From: Macrostomum hystrix
Taxonomy: Eukaryota; Animalia; Platyhelminthes
Length of the DNA stretch: 64,000 nucleotides
Reading direction: 5' to 3'
Assembly (NCBI GenBank): GCA_950097015.1
Contig: CATNEN010000038.1
Location: forward strand, 31,558,001 to 31,622,000
The translations under genes were made by a program, and so were the position numbers. Below are positions 10,945-24,759 of the stretch, piece after piece (position 1 is the first letter of the stretch; each line of letters starts with the position of its first letter). The notes under the pieces were generated by a model, which ran no database searches, had not been told where the DNA came from, and worked only from the letters and a program-made list of their open reading frames with translations.

Positions 10945-11825
10945 TTCCCCCAGTTGACAATGATCCCCCAGTTGACAATGTTCCCCCAGTTGACAATGAT
11001 CCCCCCAGTTGACAATGATCCCCCAGTTGACAATGATCCCCCCAGTTGACAATGATCCCCCAGTTGACAATGATCCCCCAGTTGACAATGTTCCCCCAGT
11101 TGACAATGATCCCCCAGTTGACAATGATCCCCCCAGTTGACAATTTCCCCCCCAGTTGACAATGATCCCCCCCTTGACAATGATTACCCAGTTGACAATC
11201 ATTCCCCAGTTGACAATGATCCCCCAGTTGACAATGATCCCCCAGTTGACAATGATACCCCAGTTGACAATGATCCCCCAGTTGATGATGATCCCCAGTT
11301 GACAATGATCCCCCCAGTTCACAATGATCCCCCAGTTGGCCATGATCCCCCAGTTGACAATGATCCCCCAGTTGACAATGATCCCCCAGTTTACAATGAT
11401 CCCGCAGTTGACAATGATCCCCCATTTGACAATGATCCCCCAGTTGACAATGATCCCCAGTTGACAATGATCCCCCAGTTGATGATGATCCCCCAGTTGA
11501 TGATGATCCCCAGTTTATGAAGATTCCCCCAGTTGACAATTATCCCCCAGTTGACCATTACCCCCCAGTTGACAATGATCCCCCAGTTGATGATGATCCC
11601 CCAGTTGATGATGATCCCCAGTTTATGATGATTCCCCAGTTTACAATTATCCCCCAGTTGACCATTACCCCCCAGTTGACAATGATCCCCCAGTTGACAA
11701 TGATCCCACAGTTGACAATGATCCCCCAGTTGACAATTATCCCCCAGTTAACCAAAATCCTCCAGTTGACGATTATCCTCCAGTTTACCTTGATCCCCAT
11801 TTTGATGATGACTCCCCAGTTGACG
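10945..11825. repeat. 18-bp minisatellite (GATCCCCCAGTTGACAAT)n
   Basis: Direct tandem repeat. Confidence 0.95.
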
Positions 11826-11834
11826 TTGATTTTT

Positions 11835-13864
11835 CAAACGCTGGGTTAGCCAAGATTCAAACTCAGGTTTCGCCATGTTTTAAACCCTGGTGGGCTATGA
11901 TTCAAACTCTCGTTTTACCATGTTTCAAACTCTAATTTAGCCATGACTCAAACTCTGGGTTAGCCATGATTCAGACGCTGTGATGATTTAAAGTCTGCTT
12001 TAGCCATGATTTAAACTCTGGTGTAGCCATGATTCAAACTCTGGTTTAGCCATGATTCAGACTCTGGTTTAGCCATGATTCAGACTCTGGTTTAGCCATG
12101 ATTCAGACTCTGGTTTAGCCATGATTCAGACTCTGGTGTAGCCATGATTCAGACTCTGGTTTAGCCATGATTTAAACTCTGGTTTAGCCATGATTCAAAC
12201 TCTGGTTTAGCCACGATGCAAACTCTGGTTTAGCCATGATTCAAACTCTGGTTTAGCCATGATTCGGACTCTGGTTTAGCCATGATTCAGACTCTGGTTT
12301 AGCTATGATTCAGACTCTGGTTTAGCCATGATTTTAACTCTGGTTTAGCCATGATTTAAACTCTGGTTTAGCCATGATTCAGACTCTGGTTTAGCCATGA
12401 TTCAGACTCTGGTTTAGCCATGGTTCAAACTCTTGTTTAGCCATGATTCAAACTCTGGTTTAGCCATGATTCAGACGCTTGTTTAGCTATGATTCAAACT
12501 CTGGTGTAGCCATGATTTAGTCTCTGGTTTAGCCATGATTCAAACCCTGGTGTAGCCATGATTTAGTCTCTGGTTTAGCCATGATTCAAACTCTGGTTTT
12601 GCCATGGTTGAAACTCTGGTTTAGCCATGATTCAAACTCTGGTTTAGCCATGATTCAAACTCTGGTTTAGCCATGATTCAGACGCTTGTTTAGCTATGAT
12701 TCAAACTCTGGTGTAGCCATGATTTAGTCTCTGGTTTAGCCATGATTCAAACCCTGGTGTAGCCATGATTTAGTCTCTGGTTTAGCCATGATTCAAACCC
12801 TGGTGTAGCCATGATTTAGTCTCTGGTTTAGCCATGATTCAGACGCTTGTTTAGCCATGATTCAAACTCTGGTTTAGCCATGATTCAGACGCTTGTTTAG
12901 CCATGATTGAAACTCTGGTTTAGCCATGATTCAAACCCTGGTGTAGCCATGATTTAATCTCTGGTTTAGCCATGATTCAAACCCTGGAGTAGCCATGATT
13001 TAGTCTCTGGTTTAGCCATGATTCAGACGCTTGTTTAGCCATGATTCAAACTCTGGTTTAGCCATGATTGAAACTCTGGTTTTGCCATGATTCAAACTCT
13101 GGTTTAGCCATGATTCAGACGCTTGTTTAGCCATGATTAAAACTCTGGTTTTGCCATGATTCAAACCCTGGTGTAGCCATGATTTAGTCTCTGGTTTAGC
13201 CATGATTCAGACGCTTGTTTAGCCATGATTCAGACTCTGGTTTAGCCATGATTGAAACTCTGGTTTTGCCATGATTCAAACTCTGGTTTAGCCATGATTC
13301 AGACGCTTGTTTAGCCATGATTGAAACTCTGGTTTAGCCATGATTCAAACCCTGGTGTAGCCATGATTTAATCTCTGGTTTAGCCATGATTCAAACCCTG
13401 GTGTAGCCATGATTTAGTCTCTGGTTTAGCCATGATTCAGACGCTTGTTTAGCCATGATTCAAACTCTGGTTTAGCCATGATTGAAACTCTGGTTTTGCC
13501 ATGATTCAAACTCTGGTTTAGCCATGATTCAGACGCTTGTTTAGCCATGATTAAAACTCTGGTTTTGCCATGATTCAAAACCTGGTGTAGCCATGATTTA
13601 GTCTCTGGTTTAGCCATGATTCAGACGCTTGTTTAGCCATGATTCAAACTCTGGTTTAGCCATGATTAAAACTCTGGTTTTGGCATGATTCAGACTCTGG
13701 TGTAGCCATGATTCAGACCCTGGTTCAGCCATGATTCAGACTCTGATTTAGCCATGATTCAAACTCTGGTTTAGCCATGATTCAGACACTTGTTTATCCA
13801 TAATTCAAAATCTGGTTTAGCCATGATTGAAACTCTGGTTTTGCCATGATTCAGACGCTTGTTT
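11835..13864. repeat. 23-bp minisatellite (GCCATGATTCAAACTCTGGTTTA)n
   Basis: Direct tandem repeat with a 414-bp (18-unit) internal duplication (13012 vs 13426). Confidence 0.95.
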
Positions 13865-14407
13865 TGGGCACCCAGCGAGCAGACAGCTTCCGCATGCCCA
13901 GGTGTTGGTGCAGAATCTTGATGATGGTTGAATGCGACACCCCCACGAGCTGCTCCAACCAACGAGTTGTCACTCGCCGATCCTCGTCGACGTGGCGTCG
14001 AACAGCAGCGACAACTCCGTCCGAGATGGCTGAAATTGGACGACCCTCGCGAGGTTCGTCGTCCAGGGAGGCCGAGCCGCAGCGAAAGCGCGCAAACCAT
14101 TCGTACACCATCGACTGGGACGGGGCTTGATCCTCAAGGGCCGCACGAAGCGTCTGGTGACACGCAGCCGCAGTGCTGCCCAGGCGAAACTGCACCAGAA
14201 TGGCTACCCGCCTTTCACGTTCGGTGAGCTGAGGCAGGGGTATTATGTTTTCTGTGGAACTTTGGCCACTGCGGCGCATCATTATGGCCGATTGAGCTGA
14301 AATTTTGCATGCAAGCATTGAATAGCCATCCCTACAACATAGTAAAATTTCGTGTCCCTAGCATCTTTCTAAATTACTTTTTCCGAGAACTTAATAACCA
14401 CCCCTCG
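13865..14407 (-). mobile_element. Mariner transposon 5' half (TIR + HTH DNA-binding region), truncated at WVPK
   Basis: TA|CGAGGGGTGGTTATTAAGTTC terminus (TA 14408-14409); ORF ..VYEWFARFRCG..SLDDEPREGRP..DRRVTTR..ILHQHLGMRKLSARWVPK. Confidence 0.9.
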
Positions 14408-14409
14408 TA

Positions 14410-14760
14410 CTAACTAGTACAAAACAAAAAGAAACCACAGTGCCACGGGTCAGAGAGTAAAGAGAAAGACAGAAAAGAGAAAAGAAGAAGGGAAGAAACA
14501 AAAAACGCAAACTGGAATTCAGAGGAAAGGAAACACCCGGGGAGGCACTGTCAGATCGCCCGTCTGCGAACAAGGTCCCTTATGTAGTCAATGTCGTGAG
14601 CTTGGTCCAGGGGCGCCGGCGTCGGCCATCAGCGCCGACCTCTCCCTGCCCGCGCCGGCAAGGACCTTGCAGAGACAACAGCAGCACTTCTTGCGAAGAC
14701 ATGGGAGCACCGTTCGCGTCGGGTCCCTGTACGCAGTCGCGACTGCATTCAGACGGACCT
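14410..14760 (-). mobile_element. 3' end of a second RTE-clade element
   Basis: Minus strand QEVLLLSLQGPCRRGQG..LMADAGAP..YIRDLVRRRAI* parallels QEVLLLTLQAPYRRGQA..LLADAGAP at 9600-9810; pyrimidine-rich 3'UTR. Confidence 0.65.
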
Positions 14761-14999
14761 CACCGAGGCATTAGAGCACTGAGGGGAGAGCGACCATCAG
14801 ACAATTCAGAAGCCTTCATAAATAAAACTGGAGCTGGTGCGGCGCCTTCGCGTTCGCGCGGAAAACGAAACAGCGGCCTCACCCGGACACAACGACGCCT
14901 GGCGCAGATGTCGACGCCAGCACCAGCGCCGTGACAGCAGCAACTCCAGGGAGCGGCCACAGATTATCGACCCCCACCTGGCTACTGCGTCGCAGCCCG

Positions 15000-16012
15000 G
15001 TGTGACGGCCTCAGGAATGAGACCGCCGCCCAGATTCAGGCTCTCTGGCAGCGTGAGATGACGGCTTCGACCTGCTTGGCCAAACTCTGGACCGACGGCT
15101 CGGCCTCCGGAGGCACCAATAGAGGCGGATCCGGTGCGGCCCTGTTCATCCGCGGAGCCGCGCCAATCTACCTGACTGCTCCAGCGGGCGCTCTCAGCTC
15201 TTCTTTTAGGGCGGAGGAGTGTGCCCGCCGCATTGGTCTCCTCGCAGCCCTGGAGCGCGTCCCATGGCCCGGTACGGCAGAACTGCGTTGCGCCACTGAT
15301 TCGCAGGCCCTCATCCGATCGCTCAAACAAGGCCCGCACTCTCACCTGTCCCCCTGATGCCGGGACATCTGGCGCCTCCTCCTCAAAGTCCCTGCGGACC
15401 ACCACGTGACTATCCAATGGGTCCCAGGACACTGAGACCTGAGGCGCAACGATCTGGCGGACAACCTCGCAAAAGACGCCGCTAGACTCCCACAAGACCA
15501 AGCGGAAATCGACCTACACAGTGCCAAGTCCGCGATCCGCCGCACACTGGCCGCCGAGGCTCGCGCTGCCTACGAAGCGGACCCGCACTGCCGGACGCAC
15601 CGCGCTGCCTTCCGCGACGACCGCAGATCCGAGGCGACTCTCAGCAGACGCGAGCTGATCACGCTAGCGCAACTTCGCACGGGCCACTCGCCTCTGCTGG
15701 CTCAGTACCGCCACCGGATTGACCAAGAACAGCCCGCGTCCTGCGGGCACTGCGGACACCAGGAGGAGGACCTGAAGCATGTGATGCTGGAATGCCCAGC
15801 TCACGCCCAGACCCGCAACCGCGTCCTCGGCCCTAACCCGACGCTGGCCATCCTCTCCGACGACGGCCCCCGTGTCCTGTCCTATCTCCAGGCGATAGGG
15901 TCGCTGACCCGACCCCCGGACCTGCCCGGCCAGGAACGTCTAACTATCTAACCTGCTTGGCCATGCCGGGCCACCAGACTTTCCGCTGCAGCCAGTCACA
16001 CGTCTTCTTCTA
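15000..16012 (+). mobile_element. I-group LINE RNase H + CCHC 3' fragment
   Basis: LWTDGS..SSSFRAE..TDSQAL..IQWVPGH*..NDLADNLAK..LAQLRTGHSPL..CGHCGHQEEDLKHVMLEC; in-frame stops. Confidence 0.85.
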
Positions 16013-16967
16013 CCCAAGGAGGCCCTGGTGCGCGAGGCCAATGGTCAGCCGCTGCAGCTCAGAGGGGAGCAGCACGCCGGCGTGAACGCTAGGCTCGTGT
16101 ATCAGGGACCGGAAGCTGTGAGCGGGGGTCGCCGAGCCGCGCTGCCAGTTCCCCGTTGCCAGCGCCTCGATGACGACCTTGAGCACGGATCCCGTTCTGT
16201 TGCCTCGCGGATCTTTTCCAACGTTTTCAGACCCTTCGGAGTGGCCGCTTGGACGCCGGCGTTGAGCATCCTCGTGTCCCCGGCCTCGTCTTTGCTCTTG
16301 GCCTGGCTCGAGAGCGGGTTCCGGCTCATGGGATCTGCCGGGTTGCCCTCCCCCGTGCCGTAGTGTAGCGTGAAGGTGAAGTGCTGGGTCTGCAGCAGGA
16401 TGCCTTCCAGGGTGGCGGACGGGAGTCCACCTTGGAGATACCAAGCAGCGGCTTGTGGTCGGTATAGATGTCGAAGTGAGGGCAGCCCTCGGGGTAGAAG
16501 GCGAATTTCTGGCAGCCGAACTTGACGCCGTGGGCCTCGCGCTCGATCTGGCTGTAGCGGTGCTCGACATCGCTCAAGGTGCGGCTCGCGAAGGTCACTG
16601 GGCGGACCAGCCCACCGGGGTGCCGCTGCTGCAGGATTGCATCGAGCCCCACGGGTGATGCGTCGACGACGAGCTCGGTTGGCAGCCGCTTGTCGAAGAA
16701 GGCCAGAGTGCAGCTCTTTGAAACGCAGTCCTTAGTGGCCTGGAACGCATGCTGCTGCTCACTGTCCAAGACGAACTCCTGGCCTTTCCGTGTCAGCCGC
16801 CGGAGCGGATCGGCTTTGTCGGCGAGCTGCGGCATGAACTTCTCCAGGTCTTTGGCAAGGCCCAGGAACGAACGGACCTCCTTTACAGACTGGGGGTCCC
16901 TGAAGGCTTACAGCTCGGCGGTTTTCTCGCTGAACGGCACGTCCTCTTTCGGCACGACGACGATGCG
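16013..16967 (-). mobile_element. Ty3/Gypsy RT-RNase H fragment (duplicate)
   Basis: Copy of 256-1210. Confidence 0.9.
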
Positions 16968-16979
16968 GCTGACCCAGGC

Positions 16980-19900
16980 TGTTGTTGTTGTTGTTGGCGT
17001 ACGGATCCCTCGCTAGGCATGCAAGGGACAGGTGTCATTCCACCAGCTCTTGGGCTTCTTGACACTCCCTCGCGGAACGCATCTGGCAGCGGAGAGAAGG
17101 CGTCTGCAGAACTCACTGTTGGCGGCCTCTATCGATCCGAAAGCATCAGCTGACCAATCACGGAGCTGTTCATCGGCCTTTCCGGCGAATAGCGGCCAGT
17201 CCGCACGTTTGAGGTTGTCCTCCTGGGCTCACACGTGTCAGACTTCCGTCGTTTAAGGTCGTCTAGCTGTGGTTGATCATCAAGTCTTCGAGCTCCTCAC
17301 CTGTTGCATCTGGATCTCTGAGCTGGTCCCAGCTGCCGTGCGCATTCAGATCACCGAGCAGTAGCCAGTTGCTTTCTGTTGGCCACATGTCGGTATGCAG
17401 CCTGCCGTCCCGCTCGTCTCTTGCTGAAGTGCGGACCGGCGGTCTGTAGACGTTACTGATGTAGAGAGGGCGCGTCTTGTTTCCGAGGAGCCGGATCGTG
17501 AGGTGCTGCAGCGCTGCGGTCTCTGGGACACCAAAAGCCCCCTCGACCACCTCACGGGCAAGCCCGTGCCTGACAAGGGTGCCCGCCGTGATGGCCCGCT
17601 GCCACATCCGAAGGATGCCCCTGCAGCTAAGTCAAGTAGGTCAACCTAATTCGGAGCGAGGGTGAAGGTACAGTAGCAACACTTGTTGAGACTTAGTTCG
17701 ATCTTCCAGCGGGAGCACCCGGTGTTCACTGCATCCAGGGCTGGTTGGATGACCTCCGCGCACTTGGCAAGAGATAATTGAGTGGCCAGAAGCGCCGAAT
17801 CGTCCGCGAACAGGCTAATCCCGCAGCTGAGAGATGCTGGGAGATGCTTCGATAACGTCCGTGGCTAAGTCGTTGAAGAAAATAGTCCAGAGGGTCGGGG
17901 CCAGCACCCTTGTGGCAGACCCTCCCGGAAAGTGCGTTGGCTGCTCATGGTGCCGTTCCAGCAAATCGTAGCTCTGCGGTCTTCGAGAAAAGCGGCTGTC
18001 CAGCTGGTTGTGTGGGCATCGATGTCAGGTCTGGGGGATCAACGTCAAACCCATCACGGTGGTCAACGTGTATCGCCCACCGGTCTGGCACGGCGAGGGC
18101 GACGGGCGAGATGGGGCCCTCCACACCGACGGTTGGCCAAGGGACGAGGTCCATCTCTTCCATGGAGATGTCAACGGCCATGGTAGCTGGGACCCTGATC
18201 ACGATCGACTTTGAGGGGGAGGAGATCGACGAGTGGCTGACTGAGCGCGGGTACGTGGCACTGAATGACGGCTCCTCGACGAGATTCACCGACGTCTCCC
18301 TGTGCCACAGGAAGTGGGCCGCGCGAGCGAGCTGGCAGGTGTGTGTGTGTGTGTGTTGGTTCGGATCACTTGCTAGGCATACGGGGGGCGCGCCAGCCTC
18401 GACGAAGGTCCGCACCCCTTCTGGGTCGTCCTGCAGCGGGGACATAGAGCCGTTGATGGCCCCCGGGAGGTGAAGTCGGCGCTCCTCCGCCCACCTGGGA
18501 CAGTTTAGCAGAAAATGCCGTGTGTCCTCTTCGGGGGCATTGCAGTGCGGGCAGGCTGCGGTTGGGGCGCGGCCCCAGCGATGCCGGGTGACCTGCAGGA
18601 AGAGCGCACGGTTCGCCCGAAGCTGGTACAGCGCCACCTCGGCCGCCCGCGTGATGAGGGCGCGGACCGCGTGATGAGGGGTCCACGGCCGGTCCACGGC
18701 CGGTGCAGGCAGGAGAGCGGAACGCACCCCTCGATGTTCCGAACGCGGCATCCGGCCTCCTCCAGGGCCGCAAGCGCGGTCTCTCTCCAGCACCCGCAGG
18801 TCCCGCCCTCTCTGGCCCGCAGTCTCGTCGTGTTCGGCGGGGCGTCGGTTAGCTTCCGCAGCGGGTGGCCCTCGCTGAACTGGCGGCACCGCAGGTAGAG
18901 CTCGGCCGCCCGCCTCCGGCAAATGATTTCAAGGGGCTGGAGCCCGGCGTGCGCGATCAGCGCAGCAGCCCGGGCACCGGGACTGATACCGGTGATGGCC
19001 CGGGCCGCGGCGTAATTCGTCGACTCCAACCGCTCCCGGCGGGTGCGGTGCCAGAAAAGGCCACCACACCTCTGCCGCGTACAGCCCCGCCGGGCGAACG
19101 TAGCCGCAGTAGAGCCGACGGAGCGTATCCGCGTCAGTTCCCCACCGGCGGGGAGGCACGGCTCGCAGGGCGTTGAGACGGCAGCCAGCGCGCGGCGGGA
19201 CTGCTAGGCGAAGGTGACCTGGGAGTCAACGGACACCCCCAGGATACGCACATCCTTCCGGCAGCTGATCGTCTGCCCACCGACCTTGAGCTGAACAGTG
19301 TTCCAGAAGGCCTCGGTGTTCTCAACGGGGTGGGTCGAAGTGATGTTGCTGGCACCAGGTCTCTACCGCGTCCAGCGCCTGTTGGATGTTCTCCGCCGCC
19401 GCCGCCGCCGCAGCACCCGCCGAAGTCTTGATGGACAGGTCATCGGCGTATTGCAGCGGCTTGCAGAGCGGGGTGGCAAACTGGGTTGCGGGACTCCCTC
19501 CTTCAGGATCTTGGGGCGGCTCATGCTATCGACCCAGCGCACTCGGGCTCTCCGGTCCGCCAGAAACGCGCGGATCCAGCGCAGCCACCGTGCCGGGGCG
19601 CTCGCTCGAGCCAGTTGCCGCAGCACCCCGAGGCGCCAGGTTCGGTCAAAAGCAGCGAAGAAGTCTACCGCTGCCACCAGGGTCCTCGTCATCGGCCGCG
19701 TCTGCAGGTCGTCAAAGGCCGGCTGGGCCAGCTGCGCCGCGTCAACCGTACTGCGCGTCCGGGAGCAGGCCGATCTCCTCGGCCCAGGCCGCTAGCCTGC
19801 TCTGCACCATCGCTTCCATCGTCTTCCCGACGCAGCCGAGAAGCGAGACAGGTCGGAAGGATGCCGGGTCGCTCTTGGGCTTGCCCTTCTTGGCAATGGG

Positions 19901-21698
19901 CGTGATGATGGCCGTAAGCCAGCCCGATGGAACCTTGCCCTCCAACCAGCTCCGGTTGAGCAGGGAGAGCAGGGCGACCCGACCGATCGACGGGAGGTTT
20001 TGCTGAAACGCCGGGAGCACTCCGTCTTGACCCGGCGCCTTCCCCTCGATCTCCCTCAGAACGACGTCCAGCTCCGCCAGGTGGAACGGGGCGGACCGCA
20101 GGTCGTCTGTCTCGTTCTGCAGAGCGCGGTGGACCTCCTTCCTGGCAGCCTGCGGATCTGGCTTCGGGACACGGAGACGGCTCGCCTCCGCATAGGTCAC
20201 CATCGCAATGTCCGCCTTCTCACGGAGTGTTGCGCGTCTCAGCCCGGGCCATTCCGAAGGGGTCGGTGAAGCAGGCGAAACCCTGGTGGAACGGCGACTG
20301 CCGGCGGTCCCATTCCGCAATAAGGGACGCCCTCCGCGCCTCACGTGCCGACCCGGGGAACACCGACAAGGCCGCGCTCTATAACAGCACCTGCCGGGAG
20401 ACAGAACGGACTTTCTGGCAGGCGAAGGCCTCGGCCTGGCGGGAGTTCGTAGGTAAGTTGGACGCCAGGACCCCCGACGGCAAGGTCTGGAAGGTCATCC
20501 GGGGGCTTGACGTCAAATCCCGGGAGCCTCTGCCAGACGGCCCCCCTCTCCCGGAAAGGGCGCACGGCCCGGTCCGACAGCGACAAGGCAGAGCTGTCAG
20601 CAGCTACCTACGCGGAAGCAAGACGACTGCGGGTGCCCAAGGCCGACCAGCAGGCCGCCAGGGAGGAGATTCGCCTGGCCATCAAGGCGGATCCGCAGTT
20701 CTACCTAGCGGAGTTGCAGGGGGCGCTGAAGGGGGCAGGGCCCCAGGGGACGACGGCGTCCACCCTAAGGGAGCCCCCTCTCCCCCACTCTTTTCAAGAT
20801 CGCGGCGGCATCCCTCCCGGCGGCGGTGACTCAGGCGGCGCTGACATCGAAGCCGGTCTAGTATGCGGACGACCTGACGGTCAGGACCCCGGGCAAGAGC
20901 GCGGCGGAAGCGGCGGAAGCGACTCAGCACGCGTTAGATGCGGTGGAGACGTGGTGCAAGGACCATCACTTTGAGCTGGCCCCCAGAGAAGACGGAGGCC
21001 CTGCTGGTCACCACGCACCCGGGCGAGGTCAACAAAGGCTCTGGTCCACCTCAACGTCGGCGGGCACCAGGTGAGCCTCAGCAAGGACATATCGGGGCTT
21101 GGTGTCCTCTGCGACAGCCAGTGGACCTTCGCCGGCTAGGCGCGCAAGGCGGCGTCCTCGATCCGTCGCCGGCTCATCGCCCTCCGCGCCGTCGCCAATC
21201 GCACTTGGGGAGCCGACGCCAGGACCCTGCGGTAACTGTATTGCGGGTAGGTCCGTCCGGCGGGGCTCTTCGCGGCGGACGTCTGGTGAAGCGTCCTTCT
21301 TTGGTGGAGCACCAAATGAACCTGGAACGGCTGAACAACGAGGCCGCACGGATCGTCACAGGGGTCGGTCAAGGCGCGAGAGCCCTGCCGGTGACTGTGG
21401 ATACGAGCCTGGAGTCTTTTGAGACCATCTGCCGTCGCTCAAGAGCAGCCTTGCTCGTCAAGTGCTTGCAGCTGCCCAAGGAGTATCCGCTAGGCTCCCT
21501 GGCCACTCACGCGGAGGTTGCCCCGAGGCTGAAGGCGCGCGGTGGGGGGCAGCGGACGAGCTGGGGCGACGAGTCGCGCAGGACCCTGAGGGAGTGCGGG
21601 CTGGACGGCGCGCGCGCGGAGGAGCCGGTGCCGGAGACGATGGTGCCGCGGCCGTGGAGGGAGACTCGAGTCGCCTTCGTATGCACCCCCAACACCAG
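16980..21698. mobile_element. Interleaved I-group LINE fragments (duplicate of 1223-5941)
   Basis: Identical ORF set at +15757. Confidence 0.8.
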
Positions 21699-22141
21699 GG
21701 GCCAATTTCATAAAACACTGCTAACGGTTATTTAGCAACTGCTAAAGGCGGTTTGGTTTCACGAAGCAGATCTATGTCTATGTGTCAATGTGTCAGAGCA
21801 CTGAGCTTACTAGAGTACATAATGGTAGGCGAGGGATCAACAGTGAAGCCCGCCCACTTCTTCCGAGCAATATTTGTCTATGGCCAAGACCACTTGTGCG
21901 GAGTCATGGAACCACTGGTAGGTCAGCAGTTAGCAGCTGCTAAGAAGCAACTGCTATTTAGCTGTTGCGGAAAATCGATTTCACGACGAACTGCTAAGTT
22001 GGACAGAAACCTTAGCAGCCGGTTAGTGCCATAGACAAACTTAAAAGCGGTAGAGTAAGGGAGCTCACATAAAGCTAGAAAGAGACAGAACGATTTTTGC
22101 CTGCCTCTGCTTGTCTCCACCAAATTTGTTCGCCTACGCAT

Positions 22142-22633
22142 ATGGCGTCCGTGGACCAGAAGAAGCTGTTCCTGAGTTTGCTGCATGAACGGAAGGCTAC
22201 AATCTTCGGCAGCTTTAGTGACATCTCTGAAGCAAAAGCCAAAAAGCGAAAGGCATGGGAATCCATCCGGGCTGAAATGGAGGCAAATGGACTCTGCAAA
22301 ACAGTTGAGTATTTACGCGATACTCTGTGGAAGAACATCCGCCTGACGAGTCTGAAAAAAATTGACGCTCGCCGACAAACTGGCGCTGCGGGTGGTGAAC
22401 AAGCGAGGGAGACGGAAATCGATCGCATGGTCCTGCAGATTGTGGGCAAAGAAAGCCCGGCTATTCGTGGCCTCGATGTTGAAGAGAGTTCACCAACTAA
22501 GCCAATGGAGGTAAGTAGCATCAGCATGGAAGCTGGGAACCAGCAGCAACCCTCGATGATGGCTATACTGGAAGTCGGTGAAGCAAATACCCTATCGAGT
22601 CAAGGTCCGCGTCTAAATTTACTCTGTCTCTAA
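22142..22633 (+). CDS. Harbinger Myb/SANT-like protein (duplicate)
   Basis: Copy of 6385-6876. Confidence 0.75.
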   Translation: MASVDQKKLFLSLLHERKATIFGSFSDISEAKAKKRKAWESIRAEMEANGLCKTVEYLRDTLWKNIRLTSLKKIDARRQTGAAGGEQARETEIDRMVLQIVGKESPAIRGLDVEESSPTKPMEVSSISMEAGNQQQPSMMAILEVGEANTLSSQGPRLNLLCL

Positions 22634-23713
22634 ATTCTCGTGGTCTTCGTTGGTTAAGTTGGTAGTCAACGAGGTTAAAGTCATCAAGAAAGTCCATCTT
22701 AGCCTGTTCCGAGGGATGCTCAAATTTAACCGCGAATTCCTAATCTCTTTAGCAGACTGCTACTTTCATGAAACCGAAAAAATTTTCTGCTGCTAAATCG
22801 GGGGTTCATGCCATAGACACTTCACTGGTAACAGTGGTCTCTCCACTCTCTTCACCCTCCACTTAGCGCGTGGCCGGTTCGCTACACGGAGGCTAGCACT
22901 GATCGACCACGTGCTTCTGCGCTCCCGTGAGCGCCGCCGCGCTGTCAACTGCCGCACTATTACGCCGCTGGCTCTGCGATCCGATCATCGGCTACTCATC
23001 TGTGACCTCGAGCTACGCGATCCGCTCTACCGTCCGCCAAAGCGCTGCGCATCCACTGTGTGGCCAGTGAGGTCGCCCGTGTGATGAACCGCGTGCTCTC
23101 CGGTGAGGTGGCACCCACTGAGTGGACCATGGCGCACATCATCGCCATTCCAAAGAAGCCGGGCACTACGCGGCTAGACGAGCACCGAGGCATCTGCCTG
23201 CAATCCTGTGCTGCGAAGTTGTTCAACCGGATGCTGCTATCGCGGTTGCAACCCGTGCTGGATCCCTACCTGCGACCTGAGCAGAACGGGTTTCGGCCCC
23301 ACCGTGGCACAGTGACGCAGATCCTAGCTCTTCGCCGAATCATCGAGGAGGCGCGCACGCGCCAGTTGGACCTGATCGTTGTCTTCATTGACTTCATGAA
23401 GGCTTTCGACTCGGTTGCGAGGGCTGCGCTCCCACATGTGCTCCGCGCGTACCATGTGCCAGAACAGCTGATCTCCGCCATCATGGCGTTGTACTGTGCT
23501 ACGAGAGCAGCTGTGATGACGCCGGACGGCCTGTCGGACCCCTTCGAGACATCCTCCGGGGTGCTCCAGGGGGACACTCTAGCGCCGTTCCTGTTCGTCC
23601 TGGTGCTTGACTGGGTGCTACGAACTGCTCTTCCTACCGACGAAGACGGCTTCCTACTGCGGCGACGCGTGGGTCGACGTCAACCGGAGAAACGGCTCAG
23701 CGTGCTTGGCTAC

Positions 23714-24759
23714 TGTAGAGAGTTGTAAAATATGTTTTTACTTAACGCGCTACTTAAAGTAATGTCACAAGGAAACCTTAGCTATAATGTTTAATCTATT
23801 TTTAGGAATGAGTCATGCGCTATTTTTGAAGCAAGTCATGTGACATGAAATCGGAGAACTGGTTCTCGACAGCTGTATTTGCTTGAAGCAAACATGACTC
23901 ATCGGGTTCTGCACCTGTATTTACACAATATTCCGAATATGGTAATGTTCACCTGAAAAGCCCCCAAAACGCAGCTGATCAAACAAGTCTGACCTCACTG
24001 TGCAAACATGTATGCCCAATGTAAACACCCGGTAGTAGAACCGGTTTTTCCCAAAAATTTTACTATAAATACAAGCGAAATTCCGAGCTAAAAATTCAGA
24101 CTCGGAGCGGTCCACCGGACTTCAAAACACCTTACGAAGAAGAGGACTCATCTCTGAGGGAAAGACAAGTGGTAAGCGCTTTACTAGGCAGAGTTATTTA
24201 TCGCTAGCGATCTTTGTTGAATTGAACTAAGTTTACGAGAGCCACATATCGTCGATACATTTGAGAAAGGCCTCCTTGTTTCCTAGGATACATTCCTAGA
24301 GGATTATTGATTGATTTGATTTGAGTTATCCGTTATCTTTCGGAGGTAACGAAGAAGACGCCCTCCAGGAGGACCTATTAGAGATATACAAGAGAGATTT
24401 CAATTGTTCACTAGGGCGCACGTTTCTATTGTGAATTCCGAGCTCAAGGAAACCGAAAAGTAATCTGATTCGCTCTCGTCATTTATTGGCCAACAGACAA
24501 ACTCAAGCAGCTACCAGGAAGACAAAGAAGACAAGACTACAAAGACTCAAGAAGCAACAGAACCGATACTTCACGGTCGACCAGCACAAGAAGAAGAACC
24601 GCCGGCTATCGAAAACCAAAGACTACAAACAACTCACTATCAAGGAAGAAGAAGAAACTGCAGTAAGTGTCACGTGACTGTTATAAATTCCTAGGCAATT
24701 GTTCCCCATTGTCTAGAAGTGGGAGTTTCGTGTGTCTGATCAACACGCAAAACTCTTCA
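23714..24759. mobile_element. Solo LTR (duplicate)
   Basis: Copy of 7957-9002. Confidence 0.85.

Larger units (their letters stand above)
1..13864. repeat. Copy 1 (left-truncated by window) of a 15,757-bp tandem segmental duplication
   Basis: Position 1 matches 15758; every ORF in 253-13617 recurs with identical translation at +15757; identity ends at ...gacgcttgttt (13864/29621). Confidence 0.95.
10846..13864 (-). mobile_element. Non-autonomous Helitron, 3' part only (cut by the duplication junction)
   Basis: Minus strand ends with hairpin TTCTGCTCCCC-GAAG-GGGGGCAAAA followed by CATGCTAG|T. Confidence 0.7.

Noticed and set aside
10885-13617. GDHCQL / PPVDND / MAKPE repeat ORFs (also 26642-33618)
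   Set aside because: Translations of 18- and 23-bp minisatellites with frequent frameshifts.
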